Shown in pieces: positions 50,641 to 64,000 of a DNA stretch of 64,000 nucleotides (position 1 is its first letter; the number at the start of each line of letters is the position of its first letter). Source of the DNA: Octopus sinensis (lineage: Eukaryota); the NCBI RefSeq assembly GCF_006345805.1, contig NC_042999.1:26908001-26972000 (forward strand). The letters run 5' to 3'. The notes under the pieces are model-generated. The model was given only the letters and a program-made list of their open reading frames with translations, searched no databases and had not been told where the DNA came from. Both the position numbers and the translations under genes were made by a program.

Positions 50641-51480
50641 TAATGTAAACATTGATAAACTATGCCTGAATAGAATAGTGTTTGTGCACGTATAGAATAT
50701 CTTTGAATAATAATCTGCCCAATCAGGGTTCATATTTTCTTGAAGAGCCACTAATATGTTGCTGTGTATGAGCTCAAATTCAACCTTGATCTCGTTGAGC
50801 TATAATTAAATAAACTTCAGCAAAAGAGTGGCATACTTAGCGTGTGAAGATCAATTTATGCAAGAAATTTAAAATGATCTACGTAATACCTTTCTTGATC
50901 ACAACCTTTCACTGTTTTAAGGCAATCTAATATAAATTACTGGAGGTGTAATTGATATTTGTAGCACGAGAAGCTACTGCTATAGAATCCAGTTCCACAG
51001 AACACATGCTTACATTCTCTTATGGTTTTAAAAATTTAGTCTCTTCTCTTCCCTATAGATTTCACGTAAAAAATATATTAAAACAATCCTGCTGTATCAT
51101 ATATAAGACACCGCATTTCATTTGGTGACATAGAATGTTGATCATATTATTAAAGATCCACAGTATATGTGAATTAGAAACTATATAATTTAAGACACAT
51201 GACGCCCTACGCTTTTACAAATGTTGCACTGACTAGCGTAATTAAACCAAAATAACTATAACCTAAAATAACAATGTTGTTGCAAAGTTCCACATTTACA
51301 CTAGTGTATACATCATAGTCTACAGAAATATAAAATGATCATTATATGATATAGATTTCTGAATAATTTAACAAGGGAATTCGTGATACATTTTCTCAGT
51401 TGATACTTAAGGAAAGCAAATATGAATAACACTCAAAAATCTGTCGCAGTATTATCATCCCTGATTTATCATTTCTACAG

Positions 51481-51541
51481 AAGATGCCAAACCATATATA
51501 GCAGAATTATGCGAAGTAATAAGAGAATCTAAAGATACTAG
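51481..51541 (+). other. Candidate 61-nt internal coding exon (unverified)
   Basis: TTTATCATTTCTACAG|exon|GTAGAC; reads (E)DAKPYIAELCEVIRESKDT. Confidence 0.2.
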
Positions 51542-52100
51542 GTAGACCAGTGATATTTAGAGTACCTATGGTACATTATGAGAGCATTAAAGGTCGCAGT
51601 TTGGAATATGGTCAACTAGAACAAAGGTATAATAGATATGTAAATTTACATAATAAAATGCAAATTGATACCCGAATAACATTATCTTACAAAATTCCTT
51701 ATGAAATCTTCTTATCAAGAAATGTTTCTATTTTCAGAGACCTTTTGTTGCAATAAATTCATAAATTCTTCAATGTATAATAAAAGGTGTACATTTTTAC
51801 AACTATAAAATATTTCTAGAAGAAATATAATGAGAAAAATTACCCATTATAGTTGATACTATGGAAATATTTTCTACACCATTTCAGAAATTAAAACGCA
51901 TTGTTCATATTCAAAAGTTCTTAACGGCAACTTGGTGTTCTGCTGTTGCAAGTCCATTCAAATATATGATTCTGATATCTTACGATAAGAAATATGTCTA
52001 AAAAGTATGTAAAGAAACGATGAAATATTATTGGTCCGGCGAACACATTAGTATAAGGAATCGTTTTTTTTTTAAATCTATTTTCTATTGTTGATGTTAA

Positions 52101-52885
52101 GGCAATGAGCTTCAAGAATCGTTAGTACGCCGAGCGAAATGCTTAGCGGCATTTCGTCTGCCGTTACATTCTGAGTTCAAATTCCGCCGAGGTCAACTTT
52201 GCCTTTCATCCTTTCGGTGTCGATAAATTAAGTACCAGTTACGCACCGGGGTCGATAAAATCGACTTAATCCGTTTGTCTGCCCTTGTTTCACTTCTCTG
52301 TGTTTAGCCTCTTGTGGGTAGTAAAGAAATAGGTATTTCGTCTGCCGTTACGTTGTGAGTTCAAATTCCGCCGAGGTCGACATTGCATTTCATCCTTTCG
52401 GGGTCAATTAAATAAGTACCAGTTACGCACTGCGGTCGGTATAACCGACTTATTCCGTTTGTCTTTCCTTGTTTGTCCTCTCTGTGTTTAGCCCCTTGTG
52501 GGTAGTAAAGAAATGGCATTTCATATGCCGCTAGGTTCTGAGTTCAAATGTCGCCGAGGTCGACTTTGCCTTTCAACGTTTCGGGTTCGATAAATTACGT
52601 ACTAGTGAAATACTGGGGTCAATGTTATCGACTAGTCCCTTACCCCAGAATTGTAGGCCTTGTGCCTGCAGTTGAAGGTATTTCTGTTGTTGTTAAAACG
52701 ACGCGCAAGCCGAATCGTTAGCGTGCCGGAAAAATTGCGTAGCGGCATTTCGTCTGCTTTTACAAATTAAGTTCAAATTTCGCCGGGTTCGTCTTTGCTT
52801 TTCAATCTTTCTGAGTCGATAAAATAAGCACCAGTTCACTGCTGGGGTCGAATCTCATTCCAATTCCCCGAAATTTCAAAATTTT
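52101..52885 (+). mobile_element. Head-to-tail array of four SINE D units
   Basis: Junctions AAAGAAATAG|GTATTTCGTC (52332/52333) and AAAGAAAT|GGCATTTC (52514/52515); a fourth, older unit starts near 52700. Confidence 0.9.
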
Positions 52886-53932
52886 GACTATAATAGAGAT
52901 GATTATTTTGGATCTGTTGCTAGTGTAGTGATATGAAAGAATCAGTGGAATGAGACAAAATGCATTGTGGTATTTGTTCTCGCTCCTTAGGTACGGAGAC
53001 TAAATGAGTAAATGTTCAAATTTACCTACCACTGTACAGAAATCGATAAAATAAAATACTACACAGACTCTGTGTTGAACGTACCGACCAATTCTTTTGT
53101 TTTAGTTATTGTTCAATTGCTTAGCACCTTTCACATTCCTAGCCATTTTTCTGAACAAATGTATTATTATTTTGTATGTATATATGTGAAGGAGGCGTAT
53201 TCGCGGAATCAGTGGAGCATCCTTAAAATAACCTTACACCTTTTAGTCATATATCAGTTCATTTTAAATTTAAATCGAACGAATTTCAATTGAAGCTTCT
53301 AGCCGGGATCGATTCAATAACGAATCGAAGCGTTGTGTGTTATTTATTTCTCTACTCAAGTTTGGGGAAGCACCTATACTCTCTTCAATCCTAATACTAA
53401 AATTACATGCTAGATAGATCAACTTGTTTTACTGCAATAAAGTTGCCCGTGGTGATATCAGATCACAATGGTGTTCGCTGGAGTGTTTCCGCAGATTACA
53501 CTTCAAACATCGGGTCTAGTTTTGTTCCTGACTTTATCCCTTGTCGAATCACACATCTAAATTACCTGTAACCTGTTTTTCTACTCCTATAGCATTTATT
53601 TGTTATAAAGATATAAGATGTATAGTGTCTTAGCAGCTATTTTGACTATATTTTCTACTTATTAATAAATTATATAATCAAAGATCAAATTTATGGACAA
53701 GGCAAAATATACTTTAAAAAAAACCGGAGAATTGTGTAGCTGAAAAATTATAACATTTATTTTGTCAAAAATTTAATATTATTATTTAAAAGTCAAATAA
53801 AACCTTCAAGGATTGCTTGTGAGTAAATGTTAATGAACCATTGATTACGTTTATTACATCTTAACCTAACCCAGTAACCGTATTCCTGATTTAGAAAATG
53901 TATAGGAGTATAATATCAGTTTAAATTTTGTG

Positions 53933-54110
53933 GCAACAGCATAATGTCGTGTAGGTTTGCAACAGCATAATGTCGTGTAGGTCTTACAACAGCATAATGT
54001 TGGTTAGGTCGAGTAGGTCAACAAGACAGAACATTATGGATATGCCTAGTAGGTCTTGCAACAACATGATGTCAAGTAGGTCGTGTAGGCTGAGTAGGCC
54101 AACATGATGG
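53933..54110 (+). repeat. Decaying minisatellite, about 26-27 bp unit
   Basis: GCAACAGCATAATGTCGTGTAGGT(TT/CTT) three times, then degenerate GTAGGTC-containing units. Confidence 0.85.
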
Positions 54111-55074
54111 AAAATCATGCGCATTGGACAGTAACTTATCTCTACACACCAAATGGGTCTGGAAATGAATGATAAGTGTTCAACAATAAGGAAAGTATGT
54201 TTTCAGCAATTTCGATTATGTTCAACACAAAGTATGTTTTACAACAAAGCAGGAAAGCATGCAAATAACCATATCTTTCCAGTTCAGAAAAAAATAGTGA
54301 GGCTGTTCAAAGAACAGATTTGTTTGAGAGTAAGTTGCCTATTTCAGGCAACAACTGCATCTCAAAAGAGTCTACAAGTCAACACTGCTAGAACACCGCA
54401 TAAGTTTCATTGCCTTCATTGATTCCCTTAGAGTTCGAAACAAGGGCGCTATTCTGTTTCTATAAACCACCAACGTTCCTGCTCTCACCGCCAGCCATAG
54501 GATTTCTAGAATTTATCAAGAGTTTCTGTTTTGAGAGTCATCCGTGTAGAGAAATTCGTGAGAGTCACTGGCACAGCATGACAACCGAGAAGGTTTCTAA
54601 CGCTGGTTATTTAGTCTGACTATTGAGTGCGTGTCTTCGTACATTTAAGTTATCCATCCTCTCGAAACAGGACCGAATTTGACGACACTAAAAATAGATT
54701 ACATGTCCACTTAAGCTATCTTTATTACCAACAACCTCTACGATCTACGGCATAAGGTAGTTTTTTTTAAAATAGATCTGTAAGGATATGTAGGTGCTCT
54801 ATCAAACACACAGCTTACAAAAATGCCAACCAAGTAGAGTGACCTCATATGATATGCTCTCCTTTACCACGGCATCATAACTACCGTTAGACATTTTAGA
54901 CAACATATTTCGCTCAAGAGTCAAAGCAAACCGATGGTGTCAGTAATAATTTACGACTTCTCTCTCGCTCCACGAAAAATAGTAACTGTCGACATTTAAT
55001 CTTATTTTCTTCAGCAGAATCATCGTAAGCATCATCATCATCATCACCACCATCATCATCATCATCATCATTTC

Positions 55075-57915
55075 TTTACTTATTTCTGTCAATTTTTATT
55101 TTGTATTCCTCTCCTTTGATGAAATTTAGGTTGCTTTATTCTTCGATAACAAGTCGCCACCAATCATCTCAGCCATCCAAGGACTTTCGAATGATCTTCC
55201 CCGTCCCTAATAAGCAGGCCAGTTGCATATATTCTATGTGCTTCGACAAGCAAATCTTTTCAGTCCATTGCTTGAGCTTCTTCCCCACATTCCTAAGCCT
55301 CCAATTGGTGCCCCCTCCACATTTTCAGTATCTTCTTAACTTTCTCTTCAGGTCCTGGTATATGACTGTGTTGTTGATTTCTGTTTCATTTATAGTTGTA
55401 TCAAATGGACAGGTCACATCAATAATTTAGCAAGTCCTATCCTTCTCCTGAAACGCATATATATCTGCTCTGTTGTATTCTAGGACACGATCCATGTGAA
55501 TAGAAAATTCCCGAAGACATTTATACTCATTCTCAATTACTTTTTTCAGGTACATGTTCACGCCACTTGCAACTTAATAAAAAAAAATCGTACTCCTTGC
55601 ATACTTCCCAGTGGATGACCTTTGCAGCATTATCATTTCTCCAAGATTTTACCTGTTTCTGTGCGAGTTTGGAGCATTCACTTACTATGGTAATCACTTT
55701 TTCCTGTTCATTGCACAACCTGCACAATTGCTACGCATTGAATTCTGGCTTATATTATGCCTTTTTCCGGTTAGCTTGACTTCATCTGCCATGATTAGTC
55801 CTTACCCTCTCTTTTGAGAGTTCCTCTTGTCAAGCAATTCCCAATGCCTTCGACGCATTTTGCCGCAGCATTCATTATAAACTGTTGGCGTAAACGTTTT
55901 TCTATGTAACTTGGCTTTCTGTTTACAAGTAATGCAGATTTTGTTTGTCCTTCTTCTAGTATGATTTCATTCCTCACTGCTGCTAGCAATTCTTTACTAC
56001 TTTTGTTAACAAACCGATTGAGACTTTTCACACACTCCTCGCATTGATCCACCAAATTTACGTTCCATGTACAACCTGTCCATATCTCTTTTATGCAGAG
56101 CCTTGAACATTGTAATTATTTTCCGAGGGTTTCGATCAAATTCTACAGTCACGCTTTGTTCCAACACCTAAGACCTGCCACATATCTCACAAAACATACA
56201 GCCCTCTAAGTTATTACCTTTATAATGCTTCCAGAATTTAACTTAGATCTCAGTCTCTATTTCATGCCTCTGAAGGACACCTTTGAAATTATTTCTGTTT
56301 TTCTTATGGTATCTGGTTCCCAAACACCCAGAAACGTTTATCCTTGACTTTCTTCTAAGCTTTTCATTGCCTGATTATTTGGCAGTTTATGTCCTTGAAT
56401 TTGTTTTATATTCCTCTTATGTATCAAAACGGCACATTTATTGACACCAAATTCAATGCCTATATCGTTGCTGAGAATTCTTATATTGTTCACCAGTATG
56501 CCGAGTTGATTTTCATTTTAAATCGTTTATTTCCCAAATCCTCTTTTAACATAGATCAAAACTATCGACAGAGGTGCTAATAGCAACACAAACATGAGTA
56601 CTGAGAGAGCATCTCACTGAAATTATTCCCTTTTCATAAACGTTGTATACAATCACTTTCCTGCTAGAGATAACTCCGTTTTCCCGGGTATCATGCTTCT
56701 TTCAGCAATCTGTACATTCTCTGCCACTCCAAATATCTCCATACTTTTCTCTATCCAGCTGTAAGTGTGTTCCTTCTCGAGCCATGCCTGGCTCATAAGG
56801 GCCGGTTTCCCGGTTTCCTTGGAGTATAGGTTCCCACCTGGACAGGACGCCGGTCCGTCGCAGGTGAGCTGCAAGATGCAGGAGGAAAGAGTGAGAGAAA
56901 ATTGTGGCGAAAGAGTCAGCAGAAATTCGCCATTACCTTCTGCCGGAGCCGCGTGGAGCTTAGGTGTTTCGCTCATAAACACACACATCGTCCGGTCTGA
57001 GATTCGAACCAGCGATCCATCGATCGCGAGTCCGCTGCTTTAACCACTATGCCATGCGCCTCCACATCCAGCTGTAAGGTAACATATCATAAGCATTTTT
57101 ATAAGAATTCTTCTCCATGACTAGTCCCGTTACCCGTCCTTTGCAGTTCCTTGGAATCCTCTTGTCTATTAACACGTTTTGTCTCACTTGACCTGTGTTT
57201 ACAACCCTTCTACTCATCTGGTAATAAACACTCATCATTTGTACACTCCATCTGCTATGTCAACAAGTTTCCACATGATTGCTACACATGCTATTGGTTG
57301 ACAGTTTTGGCATTTCTTTACCCTTTGATACACCATCCAAGACGAATTTTCTTCCTCCCTGTGTCATCCACAATGGAAAGTCACTCCCAATCATAAAATC
57401 CTGAAATTGACCTGCAGTTCTCAAGTAATTTCACGTAAATAATTTAATCCAATATCCTTTTATTTATCCTATAATTTTCTTGATTTGGTTCGCTTTTTCT
57501 CTCAATTTTTCTCGTCTAGATCCTTCGAATTTGGTGGGACTTCCTTCGTTATAATCTGTTCTAAAATTTCTTCTGATATTTTAATTTCTTCAATTCCTCT
57601 GCTTTTCAGTTCTTGCCTAATGTTTTCTCCATCTCTATTCAGCATCATATGCTTATTTCGATCATTGTCTTCAGCTTGAAACTATGCTTCATCTATTTTC
57701 ATTTCATCCATTCAGTTATATAATTCCATTGTCAAATCACATTGCAATGCCATATTTTATCTTACATAAGCCTATATCTGAAAGCAACCCATTTGTTCTA
57801 AGTTATCGACTTTGATCGGCAAATTATTCTCCAGTAATTTGAAAGATTTCGCTTTCCCTCCATTTCGCTATCATTCTCTTTCTGCATCTTTTTCAACTTG
57901 GACAATTCTCATCAA
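55075..57915 (-). mobile_element. Decayed R4/Dong-type LINE (RT to RLE), interrupted by a SINE
   Basis: CRLCNEQEKVITIVSECSKLAQKQ...RNDNAAKVIHW (knuckle and RHD region), VDQCEECVKSLNRFV...LLAAV; bounded by (CAT)n at about 55030-55070 and (ATT)n at 57917-57945. Confidence 0.88.
56766..57065 (-). mobile_element. tRNA-derived SINE, family A, inserted in the LINE
   Basis: 13-bp TSD ATCCAGCTGTAAG at 56753-56765 and 57066-57078; head GTGGAGGCGCATGGCATAGTGG...GGTTCGAATCTC. Confidence 0.93.
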
Positions 57916-57946
<31 letters not shown>

Positions 57947-57949
57947 TCA

Positions 57950-58295
57950 TTTACACACAACATATTAGGCTGTTTGAAAATATTCCAACATCGGGCTACT
58001 ACAAATAACCTTAGGTGTAAAGAACTCCCTAATTATCGTAGCTGTCCCTAATAATTGTGTTTTCTGGAGAAGCATTAAACTAAGTTTTATACATGCACCT
58101 CTATTAATGTGTCCAAATCTTTAGAAAAAGCTTCTAATACACTTACAACTACAGCAATGCATTTTACCCGAACTTTCTAAAGCTTCTAGAACGCAATTGT
58201 CAGGTCCTGGTATTTTTGCTATTATTTCTACACCTCTCAAATCGAACTTGTCATCATTAGGGACTATAAAGTCTGTTACCTGGCGCTTTCTATAC
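57950..58295 (-). mobile_element. Older R4/Dong RLE 3' fragment
   Basis: Minus-strand peptide QVTDFIVPNDDKFDLRGVEIIAK resembles the D-x-x-VP...EK..KY segment of RLE. Confidence 0.55.
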
Positions 58296-58315
58296 TCTCT
58301 GTCCACTGCTGCAGC

Positions 58316-58442
58316 TACTACTACTAATACTACTACTACCACCACCACCACCACGCCACCACCACACTACCACCATCACCACACTACCACCACCATAACT
58401 ACTACCATAACTACTACTACTACTGCTACCACCACCACCACC

Positions 58443-58489
<47 letters not shown>

Positions 58490-58548
58490 CACCAGCGCTA
58501 CTACTACTACCACAATCACCACCACCACTACCACCACCATCACCACCG
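58316..58548. repeat. Compound (ACT/ACC)n microsatellite
   Basis: Explains the poly-Thr ORF. Confidence 0.95.
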
Positions 58549-58977
58549 CGTCTTATACTTATTAGCTCCTACTACTTTACTAGCTTTAGGTTCATACCAC
58601 TTATCAGTATGTTCAAGACCCAGCTTTCTATATACCTCGCGGTGGATTATTCTCCCTAGGTTTTTATGTCATTTATTGTAGTCTTTCGTGCCAGTGTACA
58701 ACATGCACTAACTATATGTGTAACGCATTACTCGTTTGGTTTGCATAACCTAAATTAGATTTATGTCTGATTTATGTCTCTCTTGCATTTTATCTATTTA
58801 GTCCTCAATGCCTGGTGTTGTGCCGCTACTTTCTGCCTCACTGTTCAGTTTTCCTCTCTGCATCCACAACTATGTCTCAGTATTACTATTTTCGACAATA
58901 ATCTTTGAAAATGTGCCGTCAGATACTCTCGATTCTTTCTCTTGATTTTAGTTACATTCAACCTTTGGGATTCCTTA

Positions 58978-59037
58978 TCTCTTCTTCTTCTTCTTCTTCT
59001 TCTTCTTCTTCTTCTTCTTCTTCTTCTTCTTCTTCTT
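58978..59037. repeat. (TCT)n microsatellite
   Basis: Trinucleotide run. Confidence 0.95.
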
Positions 59038-59220
59038 TTCCTTATTGTTATTATTGTTGTTGTTTCTATTACTATTATCTTTTTCAATTTTGCTTTCATT
59101 ATTAGCCGAGTGCCTTTCCAAAACCTAGGGCAAAAAACTCACTGCATACATTCGTAGGCCTTTAAAATAAACACACCAGGTTGTTCATTTATAGTCATGC
59201 GACAGAAAACCGGAAGACAG

Positions 59221-59338
59221 AGGTGGTGGTGTTGGTGGTGTTGGTGATGATGATGATGGTGGTGATGATGGTGATGGTGATGGTGGTGATGATGATGATG
59301 ATGATGATGATGATAATAATAATAATAATAATAATAAA
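59221..59338. repeat. Compound (GGT)/(GAT)/(AAT)n microsatellite
   Basis: Graded trinucleotide array. Confidence 0.95.
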
Positions 59339-59851
59339 TGAATTTATACAGTACTTGGCACTAGCTCTCATGGCTTCTGATCTTAATTGATTGTGATATC
59401 ATGTACATAGATTTGTCTCTGTATAAAATATGGGCTACAGCAAATATTCTGCTCAATACCATAGATTTGCTTGTCAGTTGCTTACCCATGACCGGTTGAG
59501 TATGTTCTTTAGTCGCTGACGATATGTGCATCTCTGACCACGAGCAGAAGTTGTGGAGGTGATCATAGCCATGTGTTGAGAGAAATTTTGGGCGTTTGGA
59601 CAATTTACCTTTGAATATATGGGTGCTTTCCTCAACTTCTTTAAACAACCTTTATTCAGGGACCTTTTGAGTGGGATGGGCTACTCGACCAGAAGGAAAT
59701 ACAAACTGGGGCCCATGCGCAAGATCATGCGCATACGGTTGTGATGCATGTGCCTGGTGTACTCTTATCAGGCGGATAGTCATGATGGGTATGCTGGGGT
59801 TAATATACTTTATCCCAGTGTCTCTTTCATGGCATGCACATCTCCCTCACT
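59339..59851 (+). mobile_element. Unclassified non-coding retroposon-like segment bounded by (AAT)n on both sides
   Basis: About 510 bp, more GC-rich than its flanks, ending CTCCCTCACTC then (AAT)n. Only one copy in the window; resemblance to an abundant octopus repeat is from recall. Confidence 0.5.
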
Positions 59852-59852
59852 C

Positions 59853-59901
<49 letters not shown>

Positions 59902-61055
59902 TTTTTAAAAAATAATAATAATAATAATAATAACAATAACAATTATCTTTATTATTGTCATTATTATTATTATTGTTTGTTGTTGTTATTTAATCACATT
60001 TAAATTCAAATGAACAATTTGGTGTTTGTCAATTACATCGACCCAAAACCTTGACTAGTATTCTATTTTACCGATCTCGGAAGAAAAGTTAACCCTATTG
60101 GGAATTGAAATACTAGATGGATAAATGCTACAAGGCATTTTTTTCGGATACTGAATCGTATCAGTTCCAGCGCTCTGCCTTCATACTGCAACTAATATTA
60201 CCGCCAGTCCTGCTGTTAATGCCGCTGACGCTAGTAATATTAACGATAGTAATAATAATAAGAAAAGTTAGAAAAAGAGGTGGAAGGGGAGGAAGCGGAG
60301 TGGTGGAGAAGAAGAAGAAAGAGGAGGAGGAGAGAAATTTTGCCCAGCTTATACAGAAATACAGAAATGTAAAGAATATAAAAGATCATATCGATTCTGG
60401 TATTTCAATGATATTAAGTGATCTTCCCTTCCAACGCGTGGAAGGATAATAGGTGGATATGATTTCTGGTTTCCTACACGACATTAGACAATACAGTTGA
60501 ATACCTTGAAAGATGTCATCCGTACCTCTGAAGATTTTACCATCAACCAGCAATAACATAAAAACAACTGAACGAAATTGGTAATGGGTGAAATCAATTT
60601 TAAATATGAAAACTAACCTGTTCTCTATGACAGTCTAAAAGAACCAAAATAAATTGAAAATCATTTTAATATCCTTATTTAACGCTCTGCTTGCTAGTAG
60701 CTACATTATTCCATTACTATAGAAACGCAGAAAATACCCTCATGGGAAATCATACGCTGACAACAACAACAAAAGCAACAACAACATCAACAAAGTGGCC
60801 TGATAATGAGGAAAGACTTTCGATTTATTCCCATTAGATAGATGTAATTGAAAGCTGAAATGCAACAACGTTTGTTTAAAAGAGAAATAGAAAATAATTT
60901 GGTAAAGATAGAAAGATATTGAAAACAGAACGCACTACGGAATTTATACAGAATATATTCCAGTAGAAAAGAACAGCTGTGTTTTATGCGCACACATTCG
61001 GCTACCACTAAAACTTGCGACAGAAAGGTTTAAATAATGCCAACACGCACACGTG

Positions 61056-61154
<99 letters not shown>

Positions 61155-61489
61155 GTATAGCGTTATTAAGTGACAGTAAACCTACACTGCCTTCCCATTT
61201 CGTTCAGGAAATACGAAGGAAAAAGGCAGTAAGAATGCTTGATTGGCTCCCAATGAAATTGTTTTCTCGTCAGCGTCCTATCTCAATCTGATTTTACTGG
61301 AAATATAATTCCGTTCCGTAAGAAAGTTATTTGCCATTCAAACTAAGAATATGCGTGTGGATTTGAAATTTGGATTCATGCGAAGTTATGCTGACTATAA
61401 CGATTTCCGAAATTTTAAAGGCATTAATTTCATCTTTTCTTATTAATAGCTGCATTGTTTCTCTCCAGGTAAACTGACATCTGACTGAT

Positions 61490-62260
61490 CAAAGAAATCT
61501 AGCAGAGGAACTAGGAGAGAATCCTCTAGAAAATGGATGAAATTTGACATTGTGGTGTTATCAAGTACCAACAGGAAACATTCAGACTGGTTGCTACATT
61601 ATAACATGAGGAGCCAGCTTTATCAAGAGTGAAACAGTGGCCAGCTGAATTAAAAAATTAGATGGACGAGTCTTTGCAACAGACCGCTACCAAGGAAAAC
61701 ATTAATCGTAGAAACCCCCTCTTCTCCTGCTCTAAAGAAGGCCAAGATCGTTTCATCTACAGTAAAGGTAATGGCCTCAGTCGTTTTGGAAGCAAAAAAC
61801 ACTGTGTTTATTTACTATCTTCCAAACTCCACCTCATCAATGTCGAGTACGATGTTAACTTGTTGAGGCAGTTACGGAAGGTCATCACGAAAACTCACAA
61901 AGGAGGTGTTGTTTCGTCCGGACAATTCTCCCGCGCACACGTCTTTTGCTTCAATAGCTGCTGTGCATGACTGTGCCAGTGACAAAACTCCCGATCAGGC
62001 CCTATCTGTTCCCCAACACGAAAAAACTTGTTTTGGAAGTAGCATCACTGTGATGATGATAGCTGTTGAAAATATTTGTAAATGACTTTTTTGATGAAGA
62101 GGATGAAAGCTTTTGCCCCATTGGCACCCAAGCAATGCAACGCCGATGAGAAGAATGTGTGAACCGGCAGGGAACCTAAGCTGAAGAATAAACCTCATTT
62201 GGTAACGTTCGATGAGAGTGTCTTTATTGTCTATGAGTTTTTCAGGCTACCCACGAAGTG
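61490..62260 (+). pseudogene. Second mariner-family transposase remnant, heavily decayed
   Basis: KKAKIVSST.KVMASV, INVEYDVNLLRQLRKVI and VLFRPDNSPAHTS (LFHQDNAP motif) across frames. Confidence 0.8.
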
Positions 62261-62939
62261 GTTCCACTAAGATATACAAGTAATAACCAAAGTAATTATC
62301 TCGCATCACGGCATTATTAATACATGTGAAGGTAAATTAATTCTGAACAGTATAGTTAAACGTCATTGCATAGAGTGAAATAGAACAACATTATGTAAGA
62401 GAAAATAGCTAAGTTATTGAATACAGACTTTTCTGCTAAATCACAATAGCGTCATGCGTTTCTTCAGTTCTTTTCTTAAATGGTTTGAACCATAGTATTA
62501 GGTTGTACCCATAGCTTTTGCAGTCTCTATCTGGAACATACGAAGATTTGGGTAGAAGTGAGACGAGGACAGCAAATTTCGAGTTACATAGGCCAATGTA
62601 GGGTAACAGAATAAATACAAGTGACACTTGTAGAGTGGGTCAAAGGTATTAGAGTATGAATTTATACAAGGGGCTGCTTTAAGGGTATCTTGAAAGCCTG
62701 ACTGGAGGCTCAATCTTCCGAGTTCTTTTAAAGGTCATAGAAGGACTAAAGGACTGCTGTAATAAGTTTTGAAACTGAAATGTTGAATAAGATCATAATA
62801 AACTGATCGCCCTACCTTCGAACATACAATGAACGTATGTATCACCGAAGCACCAAATCGAGTGTTATAGTAGTATGTTTTTGAAGAATTAGAGAGCAAA
62901 TAAAAGGTGATTGGTAAAGTAGTTCTAATACTGCTACAT

Positions 62940-63076
62940 ATATGTATGTATATATGTATGTGTGTATGTATATATATATGTATGTATGTATGTATGAATG
63001 TATGTATATATGTATGTATGCATCTATGTATATATGTATGTATGTATCTATGTATATATGTATGTATGTATGCATG

Positions 63077-63107
<31 letters not shown>

Positions 63108-63142
63108 CTATGTATGCATCTATGTATGTATGTATATGTATA
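62940..63142. repeat. Degenerate (TATG)n microsatellite
   Basis: Tetranucleotide array. Confidence 0.95.
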
Positions 63143-63938
63143 TGAGATAATGAAAATTTTTTTGTTTTCTAAAATCACAGGTAACTATGCTTAATGGAAA
63201 AAGAAAACGGTTAATTATAAGTTTTAAATCTTTAATCTGTCTCGTATATTTCTATTTAATTTATCCCTTGAGGAGAACATCAATGTAGAAATGATTTCGA
63301 ATGAAAACCTGAGGATATTAAGTTACATATTCTGGAAACATTAATTAAAGTGTTATGGCTTGATAACAGCATCGGCATTCACTTAGCAAAGTGTAAGTTT
63401 TGTATATGTGGCCATTCATTTTGACTGTATTATCTTCATTGGTTTTTAGACCTCCTGTATCTTGATATGTTTCTAGAAATAATATATCATGGAAAGAAAA
63501 TAGGAAGGAATATGAAAATGGCTGCAAATTTTGCTGATCAATTTAATTTTGCGAGAAATAACTTTGAATTTTCGACTATTAATCGATTGGCACAAACAGT
63601 AATGTCGGATAACTGTCATTCTTTTTCTTTAAGTTTATGCATCATCAAAATTATTCATTAGATGGATAGTAAAATAATGATGGTGATGATAATGATGATG
63701 ATGAGTATAATAATAATAATAGGTAGTCGTAGTAGTAGTAGAAGGAGAAGGAGAAGAAGAAGAAGAGCAAGGAGAAGAAGAAGAGGAAGAAAAAAAAGTA
63801 GAGGAATCTAGAAATATCGTCCACAACAAGAAACCATTAGACAAGAAGAAAGCAACCAGCAGTATGTTGATGATACTATTACGCATAACTAGGATTTTAA
63901 TGATTTACATGAAGTACAGCAAGTATCGAATGTATATG

Positions 63939-63991
<53 letters not shown>

Positions 63992-64000
63992 TATATATAT

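Noticed and set aside
52101-54110. Possible CRISPR-like arrays (SINE tandem and minisatellite)
   Set aside because: There are no constant repeats with unique equal-length spacers and no cas genes, and the context is eukaryotic.

Overview
AT-rich, repeat-saturated eukaryotic genomic DNA. The SINE families and microsatellite load are most consistent with an octopus (cephalopod) genome; this is inferred from recalled repeat families, not from a search. No host gene can be confidently called, and most ORFs in the track are microsatellite or SINE read-throughs. The only long intact protein-like ORF (29907-30719) is the zinc-knuckle plus restriction-like endonuclease end of a 5'-truncated R4/Dong-type LINE. 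Contents: several R4/Dong LINE fragments stacked at (AAT)n tracts, a Penelope RT/GIY-YIG fragment, two mariner pseudogenes, two non-autonomous Helitrons, at least four tRNA-derived SINE families (several with clear TSDs), several MITE/hairpin elements and many microsatellites. Best leads: a probable ancient Polinton/Maverick DNA polymerase relic (12380-14700, minus strand), a minimal hammerhead-ribozyme fold (40411-40448) with degenerate relatives, a 196-bp fold-back duplication of a SINE plus its flank, SINE-in-SINE stacking at a recurrent junction, and head/tail swapping between SINE families. I found no convincing evidence of a wholly new biological system. All alignments and translations were done by eye.
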